A DNA stretch of 63,961 bases, counting the filler, from Octopus bimaculoides (lineage: Eukaryota), in the NCBI RefSeq assembly GCF_001194135.2. It is 7 parts of 7 records of this genome, joined end to end, with 100 filler letters (N's around TTAATTAATTAA, not from the genome) between each part and the next. Parts side by side here need not be neighbours in the genome. Positions count along the whole stretch, not along the records: positions 61,861 to 63,961 come from NC_068985.1; 6 more parts are not named here. One strand, given 5' to 3'. The position numbers and the translations under genes were made by a program. Below are positions 62,936 to 63,961 of the stretch, piece after piece. The notes beneath the pieces were generated by a model, which was not told the origin of the DNA, ran no database searches, and was given only the letters and a program-made list of their open reading frames with translations. Within the stretch, counting starts at the first letter, position 1. Each line of letters starts with the position of its first letter.

Positions 62936-63871
62936 TAGGAGGTGGTGGGGCACAATGAAAAGTTTTTTATACTGCATTTTTGACTTTGAGAAGAAATATA
63001 TTTTTTACAAATGTTTACTACCTTACATAAACTATATCAGCTAAGTAAATGATCTTCTCTAAATGCATTAACAGCATTATAACATAATCTGAAAACTATT
63101 TCAGAAAATTATCACTGTTCTCTTCGAGTATGTAAAAGACAAATTTAGCTAGGGCAAAATGCGTAAGACAAAATAGAAAAAAATTACCTCTTCAATTCTC
63201 CGGAATTACATTTGGAAACAGATTCGTACATATCAATATTCATCCTTAGACATCAGAAAGATCAGCAATGCAAGAAAAACTTAATATTGCTAGGTCAAAT
63301 GAAAGAGAATCATAGAAAATGGCACATGATATGACATTAACGAAACTTGACTAAATATAAAAAAGAAAAGCTCGGCATTAAATATTCTCTATAACTTCAC
63401 GATCTGGTGGAGTGGCTTTTTTCCCGATATATTTACACATCTTGCAGTTAAAGAGAAAAAAAATTATTGAAATTAGTCATTTTGTCCCAATTTAGACATT
63501 ATTATTTGAAAGTTGAAAATTATTAAATTAGATATTAGTGTGAGGAAAAAATGTCTTGGAATCCAACAGAGAAAAGAATATTGATTGTTAAACATCAAAC
63601 ATTATCCAGATACTTTATTAGCAACCTCAATTACAATCGGATCAAAGTTGAGCAAAAAGTTCTTGAAAAAAAAACAACCTGTTACCTGATTGTGTTCCAA
63701 ACTCTCTCAAATTCAATAACGACAACTATGCTGACCAATTTTTACTCCTAATGATTATGCAACAGTAGAATATGAGGATGGAATACTTACAATGTAATGA
63801 TTTCAAACAGGTAGGGAGAAAAATAAATTACTCATTTTTACTGCGGTTATTTAATTTACGCCCCACCCATA
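62936..63871 (+). mobile_element. Internally deleted Tc1/mariner-like element
   Basis: Imperfect TIRs GGTGGGGCACAAT / ATTTACGCCCCACCC-ATA next to TA; short decayed ORF MSWNPTEKRILIVKH. Confidence 0.45.
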
Positions 63872-63898
63872 TAATATAATATAATATAATATAATATG

Positions 63899-63940
<42 letters not shown>

Positions 63941-63961
63941 CATATGATATATATATATATA

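Overview
AT-rich, microsatellite- and SINE-saturated animal genomic DNA. It is inferred to be an octopod cephalopod, from the repeat families and a fragmented short-read-type assembly. The window is not contiguous: six artificial 100-bp linkers (44 N + TTAATTAATTAA + 44 N) join seven scaffolds (1-15295, 15396-34906, 35007-45790, 45891-50697, 50798-58161, 58262-61760, 61861-63961). The only well-supported host gene is an 8-exon, 273-codon fragment of an RB1-type retinoblastoma pocket-protein gene (+ strand, 35354-45342). It shares five internal intron positions and phases with human RB1 but has a divergent pocket. The rest is several tRNA-headed SINE families, RTE LINE fragments, Tc1/mariner and Chapaev/Transib-like fossils, MITEs, microsatellites and a 3.5-kb GC/CpG-rich 20-bp satellite with higher-order structure and an internal inversion. 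The most interesting signal is a ~230-bp dispersed element with a tRNA-like Pol III head, an (AAT)n linker and a minimal type-I hammerhead ribozyme with a palindromic, dimer-requiring stem III of the kind carried by Penelope-like elements (five full or partial copies). Two other long inverted repeats contain different, more decayed hammerhead-like motifs in the same outward-pointing arrangement. Almost all supplied ORFs are microsatellite, satellite or N-gap artefacts. Repeat boundaries are approximate (about +/-15 bp). Exon and ribozyme coordinates were counted by hand.
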